A DNA stretch of 62,362 bases, the filler included, from Stramenopiles sp. TOSAG23-6 (lineage: Eukaryota): NCBI GenBank assembly GCA_900128565.1. It is 12 parts of 12 records of this genome, joined end to end, with 100 filler letters (N's around TTAATTAATTAA, not from the genome) between each part and the next. Parts side by side here need not be neighbours in the genome. Positions count along the whole stretch, not along the records: positions 20,921 to 26,038 come from LT636974.1; positions 26,139 to 31,246 come from LT636975.1; positions 31,347 to 36,451 come from LT636976.1; positions 36,552 to 41,654 come from LT636977.1; 8 more parts are not named here. The stretch is one strand, 5' to 3'. The notes beneath the pieces were generated by a model, which was not told the origin of the DNA, searched no databases, and worked only from the letters and a program-made list of their open reading frames with translations. Position 1 is the first letter of the stretch, and every line of letters begins with the position of its first letter. Of this stretch, positions 24,071 to 36,608 are shown one piece after another. Made by a program: the position numbers and the translations under genes.

Positions 24071-26038
24071 CTACAGTTCTTCTTTGTCGTTTTCAGATAC
24101 AACAGGTGTTTCTGCATCTTCTTCCTCGTCTTCTTCTTCTTCAAGATCAAGATCAATTTCTTCATCAGTAATATCTTCTTCTTCTGGTTCATCAGGAACT
24201 TCGATTTCTGGGTGGAGCTCCAACGACTCTAAGTCTAGACCATCTTTCATGAGAGCAAACATTCTGCCAGCGAACGCTGTTGTGTCTTCCATTGTAAAAC
24301 CAGAATGTAAAACAGCTGTATCATAAAGAAGCCAAGCAATATTCTTTGCATTTTCACTTTCCTTATCGTCATCAATCATCTTCTGTAACTTTGTGACAAT
24401 TGGATGACGAGGGTTGACTTCCATCGTCTTCTTGGAGACAAGAAATTTAGATCGAGATGGATCCGCAAATGCTTGATTCTTCATGATACGTTCCATATTC
24501 GCAGAATAACCATATTGACTTGTTACAAGCACAACCGGGGAGGATTCAATTCTGTTCGATACAACAACTTTCGAAATTTTATCTCCATATGTATCTTGAA
24601 GGTAAGTTGTCAAAGATGTGAGATTTTCCTTGTGAATATCAAGACGCTTGACAGCATTTGTTTCATCTTCATCTCCAAACTGTAAACCTTCTTTCGTCAA
24701 TGACTGGAGTCTCTTACCATCGAATTCAGTTAAGTTTTGAACAGCATATTCATCAATAGGATCCACAAGAAAGAGAACATCGAGACCTTTTTTGCGAACG
24801 ACTTCAAGCATTGGTGATTTTTCAACCTGTTCTACAGATTCACCAGCAATATAGTAAATGTGTTTTTGCCAATCTTTCATATTATCAACGTATTGCTCCA
24901 ATGAAATGACTTCACCGTTAGAGTTAGCAGATTTGTAACGCAATAATTTTGACAATTTAGTACGGTTAGCAGAATCTTCAATAAGACCAAGTTTGATATT
25001 TTTACCAAAAGTATTCCAGAACTCAAGATATGGATCAACTTTTTCTTCTTCCTCCTTCTTTTCTTTTGGTTCTTCTGATTCATCAGCATCAAGATCTTCA
25101 GCTTCTTCTTCCGCATTTTCATGTTCTTTATCTTTTTTCTGTGCAAGCTTTCGCAACATTTCCAATACTTTACGAGTGAGTTTCTTACCCATTACTTTGA
25201 GGACTTTGTGTTGCTGTAAAGTTTCACGTGATACATTCAGAGGAAGATCATCAGAATCAACGACACCCTTCACAAAGTTAAGATATCTTGGAAGGAGTTC
25301 TTCAAATTCATCAGTAATGAGAACCTTACGGACATATAAGCGAAGATTAGCACTCTGTGCATAGTAGTTGTCGTACAAATCGTTTGCAGCAGTTTTTGGG
25401 ATGTACATGATGGAACGAAATTCAATTTCACCTTCTGCTTTGAAATGAATCCAACTCATAGGGTCATCTTGGGATTTTGTCATGGACTTGAAAAATTGTT
25501 TGTATTCGTCATCTTCAATTTCAGATTTATCACGGCTCCAAATTGCTTTTTGATCGTTGACAAGTTCCCAATCCCAAACTTTATGAGTTTCTGTACGAGT
25601 CTTTGGTTTTTCTTCTTCATCTTCTGCCTCGTCGTCTTCCTCGTCCTCATCAGCGTCTTCCTCGTCCTCATCAGCGTCTTCCTCGTCCTCATCAGCGTCT
25701 TCATTTTCATCTTCATCAGCAGGAGTTTCATCATCATCTTCTTCTTCAATTGGGACTTCAATTGTTTCATTAGACCACTTGTTGAGGTAGATTGGAAAAG
25801 TTACAAATTCTGAATAACGTTTTACTAAACCTTCTAAACGAGACTGATCGAGAAATTCAGAAGAATCTTCCTTCAAAAACAGAGTAATTTCAGTACCACG
25901 ACCAAGAGTATTTCCTCGAGGATCTTCTACAATAGAAAAATTGTTATCAGCTGTAGATGTCCAGATGTGCTGTAATTCGTCATCGTTATGCTTTGAAGCA
26001 ACACGGACACGATCAGCCACAAGATAAACGGAGTAAAA
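24071..26038 (-). CDS. HSP90B1: ER Hsp90 (endoplasmin/GRP94), 5' end missing
   Basis: [41 protein letters not shown] and a C-terminal KEEL ER-retention signal. Confidence 0.95.
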   Translation of the reverse strand, partial: FYSVYLVADRVRVASKHNDDELQHIWTSTADNNFSIVEDPRGNTLGRGTEITLFLKEDSSEFLDQSRLEGLVKRYSEFVTFPIYLNKWSNETIEVPIEEEDDDETPADEDENEDADEDEEDADEDEEDADEDEEDDEAEDEEEKPKTRTETHKVWDWELVNDQKAIWSRDKSEIEDDEYKQFFKSMTKSQDDPMSWIHFKAEGEIEFRSIMYIPKTAANDLYDNYYAQSANLRLYVRKVLITDEFEELLPRYLNFVKGVVDSDDLPLNVSRETLQQHKVLKVMGKKLTRKVLEMLRKLAQKKDKEHENAEEEAEDLDADESEEPKEKKEEEEKVDPYLEFWNTFGKNIKLGLIEDSANRTKLSKLLRYKSANSNGEVISLEQYVDNMKDWQKHIYYIAGESVEQVEKSPMLEVVRKKGLDVLFLVDPIDEYAVQNLTEFDGKRLQSLTKEGLQFGDEDETNAVKRLDIHKENLTSLTTYLQDTYGDKISKVVVSNRIESSPVVLVTSQYGYSANMERIMKNQAFADPSRSKFLVSKKTMEVNPRHPIVTKLQKMIDDDKESENAKNIAWLLYDTAVLHSGFTMEDTTAFAGRMFALMKDGLDLESLELHPEIEVPDEPEEEDITDEEIDLDLEEEEDEEEDAETPVVSENDKEEL

Positions 26039-26138
26039 NNNNNNNNNNNNNNNNNNNNNNNNNNNNNNNNNNNNNNNNNNNNTTAATTAATTAANNNNNN
26101 NNNNNNNNNNNNNNNNNNNNNNNNNNNNNNNNNNNNNN

Positions 26139-29100
26139 CATGTATTTTGGAAAAATATTTGAAAAAAACGTTAGGTACAACATTTTTATAAAAAAAAAAC
26201 ATCATAGTAAAAAAAAAAAAAAAACATACATGCAACATTGCATAGTCGTGTCACGAATTCCCGAAATACTTGAAATACTAGGTCTGGGAGAGAAAAATAA
26301 TTGAGGCGTCCGAAGCATGGCAGTAAGTAATTGTACTACTTTTCCTTTCTTTTGTTGACTGTGTGACCGTAAATAGTACACTAGTATATCAAATAGACTT
26401 GAATTATATATTCCACGGGTCCCACTTTTTATGAGCAAATTAAGCAACCAAATTCCCCATAGTGTACTTGGTCCTTGCACGACATGTCGTTCGTTCTTCC
26501 ATGTACTGTGAAATATATTTTGTTTTTTTGTTAGGTACGAAATTTCGTACGAAAAAATAAATTCGAAATTGAAAAAAATAAAATATACATGTCGTAAGTG
26601 ATGCCGCATGTGATACACCTTTCAGATGATATCTTTTAGGCATTGCATATTGATTGTGCACTGACGTTGTATCACTTCCAACAATACTTCGAGCAAAAAA
26701 ACCTTGGGCTTTGTTGCCCATAGAATGCACATCAATACCTACAATCGAATGCTTGTCTGACCAAATAACATTGCTGCTATTTTCTTTGTTAGTAGATTCT
26801 TCAACGCAACTTTTAAGTACACAGTACACTATACCGGGTAGAGGTTTATTCCTTCCATTATGGACAACGTCGCCTAGAGATACATAACCTTCTATTGGAA
26901 TTGGCCGCCAAATTGTAAAACATCGATCTTTGCGATGCATATTAGCTGAAGTATGACTCTTTTTACTTGTATATAAAAGTTCAAAGTCTTGGGGAGTTTT
27001 TACTAAACCACTTCCATCATCAACACTCACAAGTGTGGTGCTTGGCGGATCATGACCCAAAACACAGACATCAGCCATTGATACGCAACCAGAAGGAGGT
27101 ACAGGTCTCCACCATGTATTGTGAAATTTTTAATTTTTTTTTAGTAAAAAAAATCGTTAGGTACAAAATTTGGTACGAAAAAAAAATCGATTTTTTTGTT
27201 TAAAAAAAAAATAAAACATACATGAAACANTTTCCGAATTTAAAGTAGCGTCTTGTTTCCGCAACAATCGGAAATTTTCTACTAACCTTGTAGGTATACC
27301 AGATAAGGGCATTACTGTAAATCGATAACCCCAGCGAGAACGCGAATTTATATCATGATACGATGCGGATGTATTGTGAAAAAATATTTTTTTGTTTTTG
27401 TTAGGTACAAAATTTCGTACGAAAAAAACTTTGACAAAAAAATAATGGTAACGTACACGATACTGATTTATAACCTGATGGTAAAGAATGCGTAAAGCCA
27501 GAGCATCCGAAATTCCATCGATACTTCACTGGCCTGTTACATGTCACTGCTGGGCATACTGCACCAGTTACATTAATATTAGTAAATGCTGTTCCCATTG
27601 GGGCACTAAAAGACCCATTCAAAGAAAATCGCACAATTCTATTATCAAGATCAATAGCACAACCAATTACAGTTCCATTAATCCATTCCTCTCCCCAGCT
27701 TTCACTTCCATTATGCCAACGTTGTTGACGGTGTCCATCAAAAGCCCATGAGTGTGCATCATCGCCTACTCCGTTACCATTGCTACTATTTCCTTCAAAA
27801 GCACGATCTATCCATCCAATTTGCGCTAATCCGCAACGCAACATATTGATCTCGTAATACCATTTTCCAGAATGAAGCCAAATGTCGCCAGCCGATATAG
27901 TTGGGAAATGAGCTTCTGTTGTTACGGTATTTGTTTCATCAATGATTGCTGCGCCAACTCCGGTTACAAACGCTGCTTCTACATTAGGTCTATTAGACAT
28001 CAGAGAAATTCTTGTTGGCATTGGTGCAACAAAACGATAATAAATATGATTGCAATTCAACAAATGAAAAGATTTAAAAATGTCACCCGTAAATCTTTTG
28101 AGTGGAACATCTGGTCTTTGTTTATATGCATCTTCATTAACGTAGAAAGATAATTGTGTCAACTTGCGATCGATATTCCTCTTTAAATTACACTTGCTAG
28201 AAAATTTCACCTGCAAAGACTGTGCGCCTTTTAAATATATTGTTTCCCCATAGTCAGAACCAATAAAATAAGGATGCAATGACTCTCGCATTTCAACACA
28301 ATTACTAACCGAACCATGTATAGTAGTTTGACTTGTTGATAGAACACCCTCGAAATTAGAAATACAATCTTTAATAAGAATGGTTGATATAGACGAGTTT
28401 GTTGCCTCGGAAGTAGAATCTTCCTTCATCAGTCGAAATATTATATTGCCTAGAGATTCCGCTAATTCAGGCATCAAATAATTACTTTCTCCCATACAAT
28501 CGTGAAGTATACCACACGCAGCTGGGACATGAGCACTGCTTATTAACTTATATAACTTTAATAACTTCAATGAACCACCAATGTGATCCAGGGTACGTCG
28601 AACAGTATGTTGAGGCCAATTTTTGATCATTGAAACTATTGCTTTTCTTGCGTTTTGAATAGCAAAAATTTCACATGTATCTGAAAACAAGTGTCGCAAT
28701 ATATTATATGAATCAATGTATTGTCCTAGAGGCTTGCCATAGTAGTGCGTAACGCGCCGAGCCATATATTTTGGAGAAATATTTTTTTTAGTAAAACAAA
28801 TCGTTAGATACGGATTTTTTGAAAAAAAAAAGTCAGGTAAAAATTCAATTTTGAAAACGCACATGTCTGCCGGAATAATACGATGCATACAAATTCCAGA
28901 TTCTGGATCCAGAGTACGAACTGTGAGCATTGCTGACATTTCTATAGAGCCATCATCATCGGATGAAATACTATCACCATCAATGGTTCGGCGCCTTGGA
29001 GATTTCCGCCAATTAACAGCAGTTACAATACCAACTTCACCTAATAAACAAAATTGAGGTCCGACTTTGTCAGTGAGTACTACAGTCAACCCTAAAAGAG

Positions 29101-31148
29101 AAGTTGCTAGACAGTCGTTTCCATTATCTAATAATGTAAGAGTTTTGTTCAATTCCAAGTTTGCTAGTTTTTCTAGCTCCGCATATGTTGTTGTTATAGC
29201 AATTGGTTCAGGTGTGCCATTTTTATAAGAGGCAGATTGACTACATGTATTTTGAAAAAATATTTCAAAAAAAAAAAATAAAATTTGTTAGGTACACATT
29301 TTTTATAAAAAACAAATTGATTTTTTGTTAAAAAAAAAAAAAAAAACACACATGGCATAACATGAGAAAAATTTGGATTCCAGACATTCGCCTTCACGTT
29401 TTTACCATCTGTGTCAATAAACGGCCGACCGAAATTACGGCTACATATGACATCTTTGAATCCAGGGAATCCAATCGCACGACACTCCGGACAACGCAAA
29501 AGAGACATTTGATAAGGAATGTTTGGATTTTCCTTGTGAGTTATCGGGAAATGATCTATTCCATATTTTGCTTCAGCTGGTGTTAAAGCACATAGTATTG
29601 GTTGTCGTAATTTTGTATTAGGAGTTGAACTTTCTAGCTTGTTCAATGATTTAGGAATCAATAAAGTAGCTGTGCGAGGTCGAGGGAATGAAAACGAATT
29701 GCTTCCAGAAGAAACTGAAGATCCTTGAGATGAATTAAGTCCTCGAGATCCAATGTGTAAATCTTTGTTTGATTTCAAGCCCTTTGTACCTACTTCCGTA
29801 TGTAAAGTTGATTTCCCTTTTGTATCAAATGGTAACATACCCCAAGATTTCTTTTCCAGTATTGGATCAGTGCTTCCTTGTTCTCTACAAATATTTTCTA
29901 TCTCTACAGCATCTAACACAATTTTGATTTCACAACTCGATTCTGTATTTCGTACAAAATGATCTACTTCCTTGTATAGCGTTCCATGTATTTTGGAAAA
30001 ATATTTCAATAAAAAAAATCGTTAGGTACGAAATTTCGTACGAAAAAAAACTTTGAATTAAAAAAAAAATAAAACATACATGGGGAACGAAACGAACCGC
30101 TACTAATCTGTGTATAGCTTGCGGAGGTTCAGGGAGTAATAAAGGAGCCAATACAACTTCCGGGGGGCCATTTCTGTTTATCTGATTAGTGCTAACAAAT
30201 CGACGCTCGGCATCAGCTACAGCTTGCGATCGTCCAAGTGGATGTGTTCTTTTTTTCTTATCATTACTTGCGGATGTACTTTCTTTTGCGGAAGATAAAT
30301 TATCAGTTATATATGCATGGCCTACAGATGTCTCTAAACATCTCACAGCAATGTCATTCACTTTTACACCTGACAAAACTGCTGTATCATCAGCATCTTC
30401 AAAATCACATTTTTCACGATTCATGACTTGGCCAACTTCGTTTACGTCATTTATATAATCTTTGGCGTATGTAGATCCATTTCGACTAGCCCATGCAATA
30501 GCATCTTCAAAATTTCCGTTGCAGAGTTCGATTGCTCGCTCACACAATTGAAAAGGTAAATCTGTCATAAGCATTATCTGTCGAATGTTTTTAAAGTTTC
30601 TACGTCTTGCAACCACATCGAAAATGTAGCCGTTTTTTTCCTCCAACTCAATAGAAACTTTTGTATCAATTTCAGTACTGGCTACTGGTAAAACAGATGC
30701 TTTCTCTGCAATTGCTTCTTCATATGGACGTTGTAGAAGCTCAGCTTGTTCTTCTACATATTCGCTGACTACTACTGATTCAGATGTACCATTATGTGTA
30801 ACTGGATGCGTTCGAAGAACTTCAATGTCTTCGGCAATATTACTTGTTTTAGCATCAACTGAGGAAGAGAGAAATTTTCGAGATGTGCCATATACATTTG
30901 TAGATACAGCACCACATTCTAATTTAGTCGCAATTTTATTTCTGTGCAATTGAGAAGATAACTCGAGTAAACTGGCATCATAATCATCTTCTGTTTCGAT
31001 AAAAGTATCATTTGGGAGAATTTGGGATAATTTCCTCTTTTTTGCTTCAGTAGTACGAGACAACTTTTTCCCTGAATCCCTATGTAATATTTGACCACAC
31101 AGAGGAGATGACTGTGAAGATTCTAATAATCGCTCTCTTAGGTTCATA
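26139..31148 (-). CDS. Internal part of a very large multi-exon protein with UBA-like, SPRY and Vps62-like (WRPxPPxG) regions, possibly a giant E3 ligase; GT-AT introns 26141-26229, 26501-26588, 27114-27221, 27369-27456, 28764-28862, 29245-29351, 29986-30079
   Basis: SPRY motifs (GKWYYEI, QIGW, GVGDDAHSWAFDG, VIGCAIDLD) and a UBA-like CERAIELCNGNFEDAIAW. One continuous frame results when each copy is removed at GT..TAY-AT. Confidence 0.8.
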
Positions 31149-31346
31149 CATTTTGTAAAAATATTTCAAAAAAATCAAAAACAATTTGTTAGGTACAAAA
31201 TTTCGTACGAAAAAAAATTCATAGTAAAAAAAAATAAAACATACACNNNNNNNNNNNNNNNNNNNNNNNNNNNNNNNNNNNNNNNNNNNNTTAATTAATT
31301 AANNNNNNNNNNNNNNNNNNNNNNNNNNNNNNNNNNNNNNNNNNNN

Positions 31347-34300
31347 CAGAGAGAGCATTGAGTTTGAAGAGTGTCTCTCCCACTAAGCTTTTCAAGTGGA
31401 ACATACGCGAGTGATGTGGCATCATAACTACTCAGGGGGATATTCGTTGTAAACTCTTTTTTACCCAAAACTTCATCTTTTAAGAGTATTAAATGTCCAA
31501 AGTATGATGAAGGGCAATCACATCGACTCTGTGTGTTATCACCAAGTATGAGTGTGTCTCCAGGACATTCAGTAGCAACATAAGAACCTTCTGCACAAAA
31601 TTCGCTCCCCTTACAAGCAACTTTTACTGCAGAATTAGCACATCTATGATTTGCTGGGCATATACTTATTGAAGATACACCTTCTGCACAATATACAGCT
31701 AATGTATTTGTCACTCCCGCGGCTGGTTCACAACTTTGTTTTACTCTCGAGTCAATACAATATGATCCAGCTGAACACTTTTGTGGATTATGAGATCCGG
31801 CGGGGCAGAAATAGGCCACTTCCTTTGCATCTGTGATGGGATTTTCAGAATCTTTTGGTTCATCAATTTCAGGAAAATCACAATTATATTTGTTTTTGCC
31901 GTTCTTGCAGTAATACCCAGGAGGACATTTTTCAGGCTTGGTTGACTTAGGTGGACAAAACCATGCAATATCAGCAGATTTCAACTTTGGATCTGGGTTT
32001 TGAGAATCCCATAAACAAGAAAGTTTTGTGGATGTAGTTGGACAATAATACCCCGCTCCACAACCTGAATTAGTCTCTACAGTGGTAGTGACTACTGCAT
32101 CGTCATCTGTAGTAACTTCTTCTACTGGGAAATTGGTAGCTTTGAACACAGCGTTAAGCACCGTAGTTATACCATCTGCACCATCTGTACTACCACCACC
32201 ATCTGCACCATCCCCATCGTTGCCTGTGCTGTCTCCATTATTAGCATCCCCACTGCCTTCGTCTACAACAACCTTGACTATTACTTTAAATTCGTGTATT
32301 CCTTCTACACAGGAATCCCATACACAATCATATATAACTGCAGGACTTTCACATAAGTTAATGAAATCATAAATCCATTGGGTAACCTCAGGGGCATCAC
32401 ATGATGATGTTTCAAGTCTACGCATTCGTCTCCCTTTAGGCATTGAAGCTGTTGTTTTCCATTCCGTTGTTTGAACCGTCTTAGCAGCCAACGTTCTCGT
32501 TCCTAATGGGCAATAATCATCGTCAGCACATTTTTCTTGTACTGCAGCGTTGCTACACTTATGCCCATTTGCACATAATTCTAATTTATCCTTAATCGTT
32601 CCTTCCTTACAATATGTTTGTGCGTCTGGAGAGGAATCGTTGTTGTCTGAATTATAGATTTTTGTTTCGGGTCGAGTGGGATCGGCATCTGTGGTTTCAC
32701 AAGGTTCTTCAAGAGGAGTGGGTCCATCACCAGAATCACAANGATATTCATAGTAACCTCCTTCACAATAACACCCTTTGCGACATTTTCTCATAGAACT
32801 CTTCCCATTTTTCATTTTACAAACCCACCCCGTAGAACTGTNCGTAAGAAAGTCTTCCTGCTCTTGTGCATTTCCGACGCCGTCTGCCCAAACACAACTT
32901 TTTGCTTCTGATGGTGTTGGGCAATAATAACCATTCGGGCACTCCTGGGGTGTTTTTGATCCTTCAGGGCAATACTCCTCTAAATCAACACAGTCTACAG
33001 GTTGCTCAGATATATTCTGGCAGTATTTTCCAGCCGGGCACTTTACTGCTTGCCTTGATTTTGCTGGGCAATAATAGCCATTTTTCTGATCGTCGTCATT
33101 GTGATAAGCGCAAGCTGTTTTAACCCTCGTTGTTGCACACATGTAACCCATAGGACAATCTTCTTGAGTCGCCTGTCCAGCTGGGCAATATTTACCTGTT
33201 TCACATGCTTTCGCTTCATGTGTACCTTCTGGACAATAATAGCTAATAGGACACTCTTCCTTTTGAGCTGCGGTTGTACATAAATACCCTGCTGGACACG
33301 GTACGCTTTGTTTTGATCCCATCTCGCATAATTTTCCCTTTTCACAAGGTATTGGTTGATCATTTATGTTAGGGCATTTGCTTCCGGCAGGACACTCCAC
33401 TGCCTTCGTTGATCTTGTTTTACAGTAATAGCCTTTGGATCCAGCATCGCTAGGATAAGCACAATCATATTTTTCACTTGGTGTCGGACACATAAAATTT
33501 GCTGGACAATTGCTTTCAGTTGCACATCCTCCTACTCTCCAATTACATCCATTAGTATCAGTACACTCAGTTGAAGTCGTTTTATTTCTGCAAGAGTTAC
33601 TTCCAAAACAATAACCTTCATTCTCACAATTACAATAGCTACCATCAACACATTTTATTTGTTCAAATTTACCTGTAGGGCAATAGTATCCAATTTCACA
33701 CTTCACAGCTGCCGTTGGGTTTTCACAGTAAAATCCTTTTGGGCACGGCGTTCTTGATAATGTTCCTGGTGGGCAGTAATACGAGACAACGGGTTCAGCA
33801 TCTACGCAATTTATTTTTTTCCGTGTACTGGGACAATAAAAAGATTCTTCACAAATAGCAGCTTCATTAGTAAGGTGTGTATTCCCTAGTTTACAATAGG
33901 TCGCTAGCTGACCATGTAAATGACATTTTTCAATTTTTTTTCCATAGAAAGTTACATCACCATCAACAGTTTCAGGACAATAATATCCTTCAGGACAACC
34001 TCCTGCAGATGAACTTCCTTCGGGACAATATTGACCTCTCACACACTTTTCTTTTTCTGCACTTGTTACACAATAGTGGCCACTTTCACATAGANCGCAA
34101 NTTTCATTTTTNTCATTAGGAGCATGGGTTCCTGGGCCGCATNTTTCACAATAACCNCAATCTTTCAGTGAGGCATGATTATCTATATCGCCACCGCAGC
34201 TTTCTTTCACGCCGTCAGATTTTGGCATACATCCTACAGCAACTTTCCAGTTACATCCANTAGTATCAGTACACTCAGTTAAAGTCGTTTTATTTCCGCA

Positions 34301-36451
34301 AGAGTTACCTCCAAAACAATAACCTTCATTCAATTTTTTATCAGCTTCTTCATTNTTACAATCTGCGTCTTCAAGGGTCTCCTTGCATAAGTTAGTTTTC
34401 CAATCGCAATTGTTATTTTCAGAACAATTACTTGTGCTAGTTTTCGCGTTAAAACAACTTGAAGAATAACCTGTTTCAGCATCCNTACAACCCCACCATT
34501 CACATTGTGCAGGGCANTCGGTCTTGGTTTTAAAAGATGAACACNTCACAAGTTTNTTTNCTACACCACATTTNTCNTCATTCTTCGTCTCACATNGTGT
34601 ACCTANATATCCCAAATCACACTGACACCGCGCCTTGATTTGTTCCCCCGTATCTAAAACCTTGCAAANTCCATGTTNACAATAATTAGATTCTTCCTCA
34701 CATTTCGTACAAGAGTCAGTTAAACTNTCGCNTGCAGTACAGTCAAGTGATCTGTTTTCTGAAAATTGACAAGCAGTACCTTCATTAANAGCTTGAACAG
34801 ATATGNTATAGTTTTTTTTGCATTGACNATTACAGGTTTCATGGGATTCAACACAATCTCTGTTACATATTGCAACATAAGGTTTATTGTCTGTTCTGCG
34901 ACAATAAATTCCATCTTCTGCAGGACAGTGATTGAGGTTTGTTGCGCATTTAGTACAATGATCCGTCGTAATTGAATCTCGCAACGCATCACTACACATT
35001 TGTTCAGGACAACTCTTTCCGTCTCCTACTTTATCAAATATAATATCTTTACCCCGCAAGCAATCCCGGTAATCATGATGCTGTTTTTCCGGGTCAGCAT
35101 CCTTGGTTCCTTCGAGAATATCACCACACGAATCAAGCCATTTAACTTTGCAGTCTCGATTACCACAATTTTCACCCCACCATGTTACAGTCACATAATT
35201 CTTATCAACTAGCTTTGTCTCGCTCTCACAAATACACGTTGCAATACCTTCTGGAGATTTGCCACATTGGGCATTATTTCCACAATCTAAATCTTCACAA
35301 TTAATACAGTCATCATACAAAGAGTCTAGAGCTTTACATGTTCCCGTGTCCCCATCATTGGCCTCACAATTCTTGCCATTTCCACTTTTTGCTTTAGTAA
35401 CAATAAATGTTTTACCACAATCACCATCACAGGGACTCCAATGACCTACACAATCATTCTCTTGTGTACAATTTGGACCCATGTACCCTTCTTCACATTT
35501 ACAATATGACAATCCATCTTCAAGGACACATTCGCCTTTCTCACTGCAGTTATTCATTTTGCTACAATCAGCTTCGGCAATAGCTTCCTTCACCTTGCTA
35601 CAAATTACATTATTTTGAAGTAAAACACATTTTTCGTTTGCCTTATTGCATTTGTCGCAAGTCCAACTAGGTATTTTTTCACATAAGTACTTATCGGTTA
35701 CTTCATAGGCCCCACAATCCATTTCAGTAATACCACCCCTTGCCAGTGCATTTATTGCTCTTTTATAAATGCGGTGATTGTCTAGACTCGTTGGATTACA
35801 TCTAGTTTCACGTTTAAAGCAGTCGCATTCTCCATCCGAATTAATGGTAAAAAAATGTGACATGTCGCATGATGTACGACAGTATTCATCACATTTTACG
35901 CTCAGATTTTTCCAGAACAAATCATCTGGGTTGGAGCTACTCTCAAAGGTCATTTTTTGATCACTTTCTACATTGCCACAATTTTTATCATCATGTAGAA
36001 ACAGAGGCTCCAATGTTGTAGTTCCTGGCTTGTTCAATTTGAGACATTTTTTCGTATCGGTATCATTATGTTCGATAATGCGTTTAGGTTGCCATAAAGA
36101 AGTTGATAATTTCGTCGCGTCTAACATTTTAAAGTTTCCAGGCGATGAACAACTAGAGCTACATTTCCCTCCTATCCAAGTTCCAAAGCTGGTTAAAGAT
36201 GATTTTGTAACTGCAGTCATTTCAGAAATATCGTTTTTGTTGCGTGGAACTGCTAATTGCATTCCCCTCAGTTCACATTGTTCTTTCGCCGATTCCCAAG
36301 ACACCAGTGGTCGATTTTTAAAACCTTGACTTCCTCCCAAGGATTCATAGAATTCAATTTCATCAATGTAACCAGTTGAACTATTAATTTCATAAGAAAC
36401 TTTAGTTATCCTAATCGGAGGAGTAAACCTTTTGGACCACTGCCGAGCTGG
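31347..36451 (-). CDS. Large intronless cysteine-rich surface/secreted protein fragment: C-type lectin-like, EGF-like and many CPxGxYCPxG (GCC2/GCC3-type) repeats
   Basis: The ORF spans most of the contig; SWESAKEQC..MQLA..WIGG, CKCEEGYMGPNC and repeated CPAGYYCP motifs. Confidence 0.85.
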
Positions 36452-36608
36452 NNNNNNNNNNNNNNNNNNNNNNNNNNNNNNNNNNNNNNNNNNNNTTAAT
36501 TAATTAANNNNNNNNNNNNNNNNNNNNNNNNNNNNNNNNNNNNNNNNNNNNATTTTGTACCTAACAAATTTTAGTTTTTTTTTTTGAAATATTTTTCCAA
36601 AATATAGG

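Noticed and set aside
25632-25700. 21-bp tandem repeat in GRP94
   Set aside because: Ordinary expansion of the acidic charged linker.
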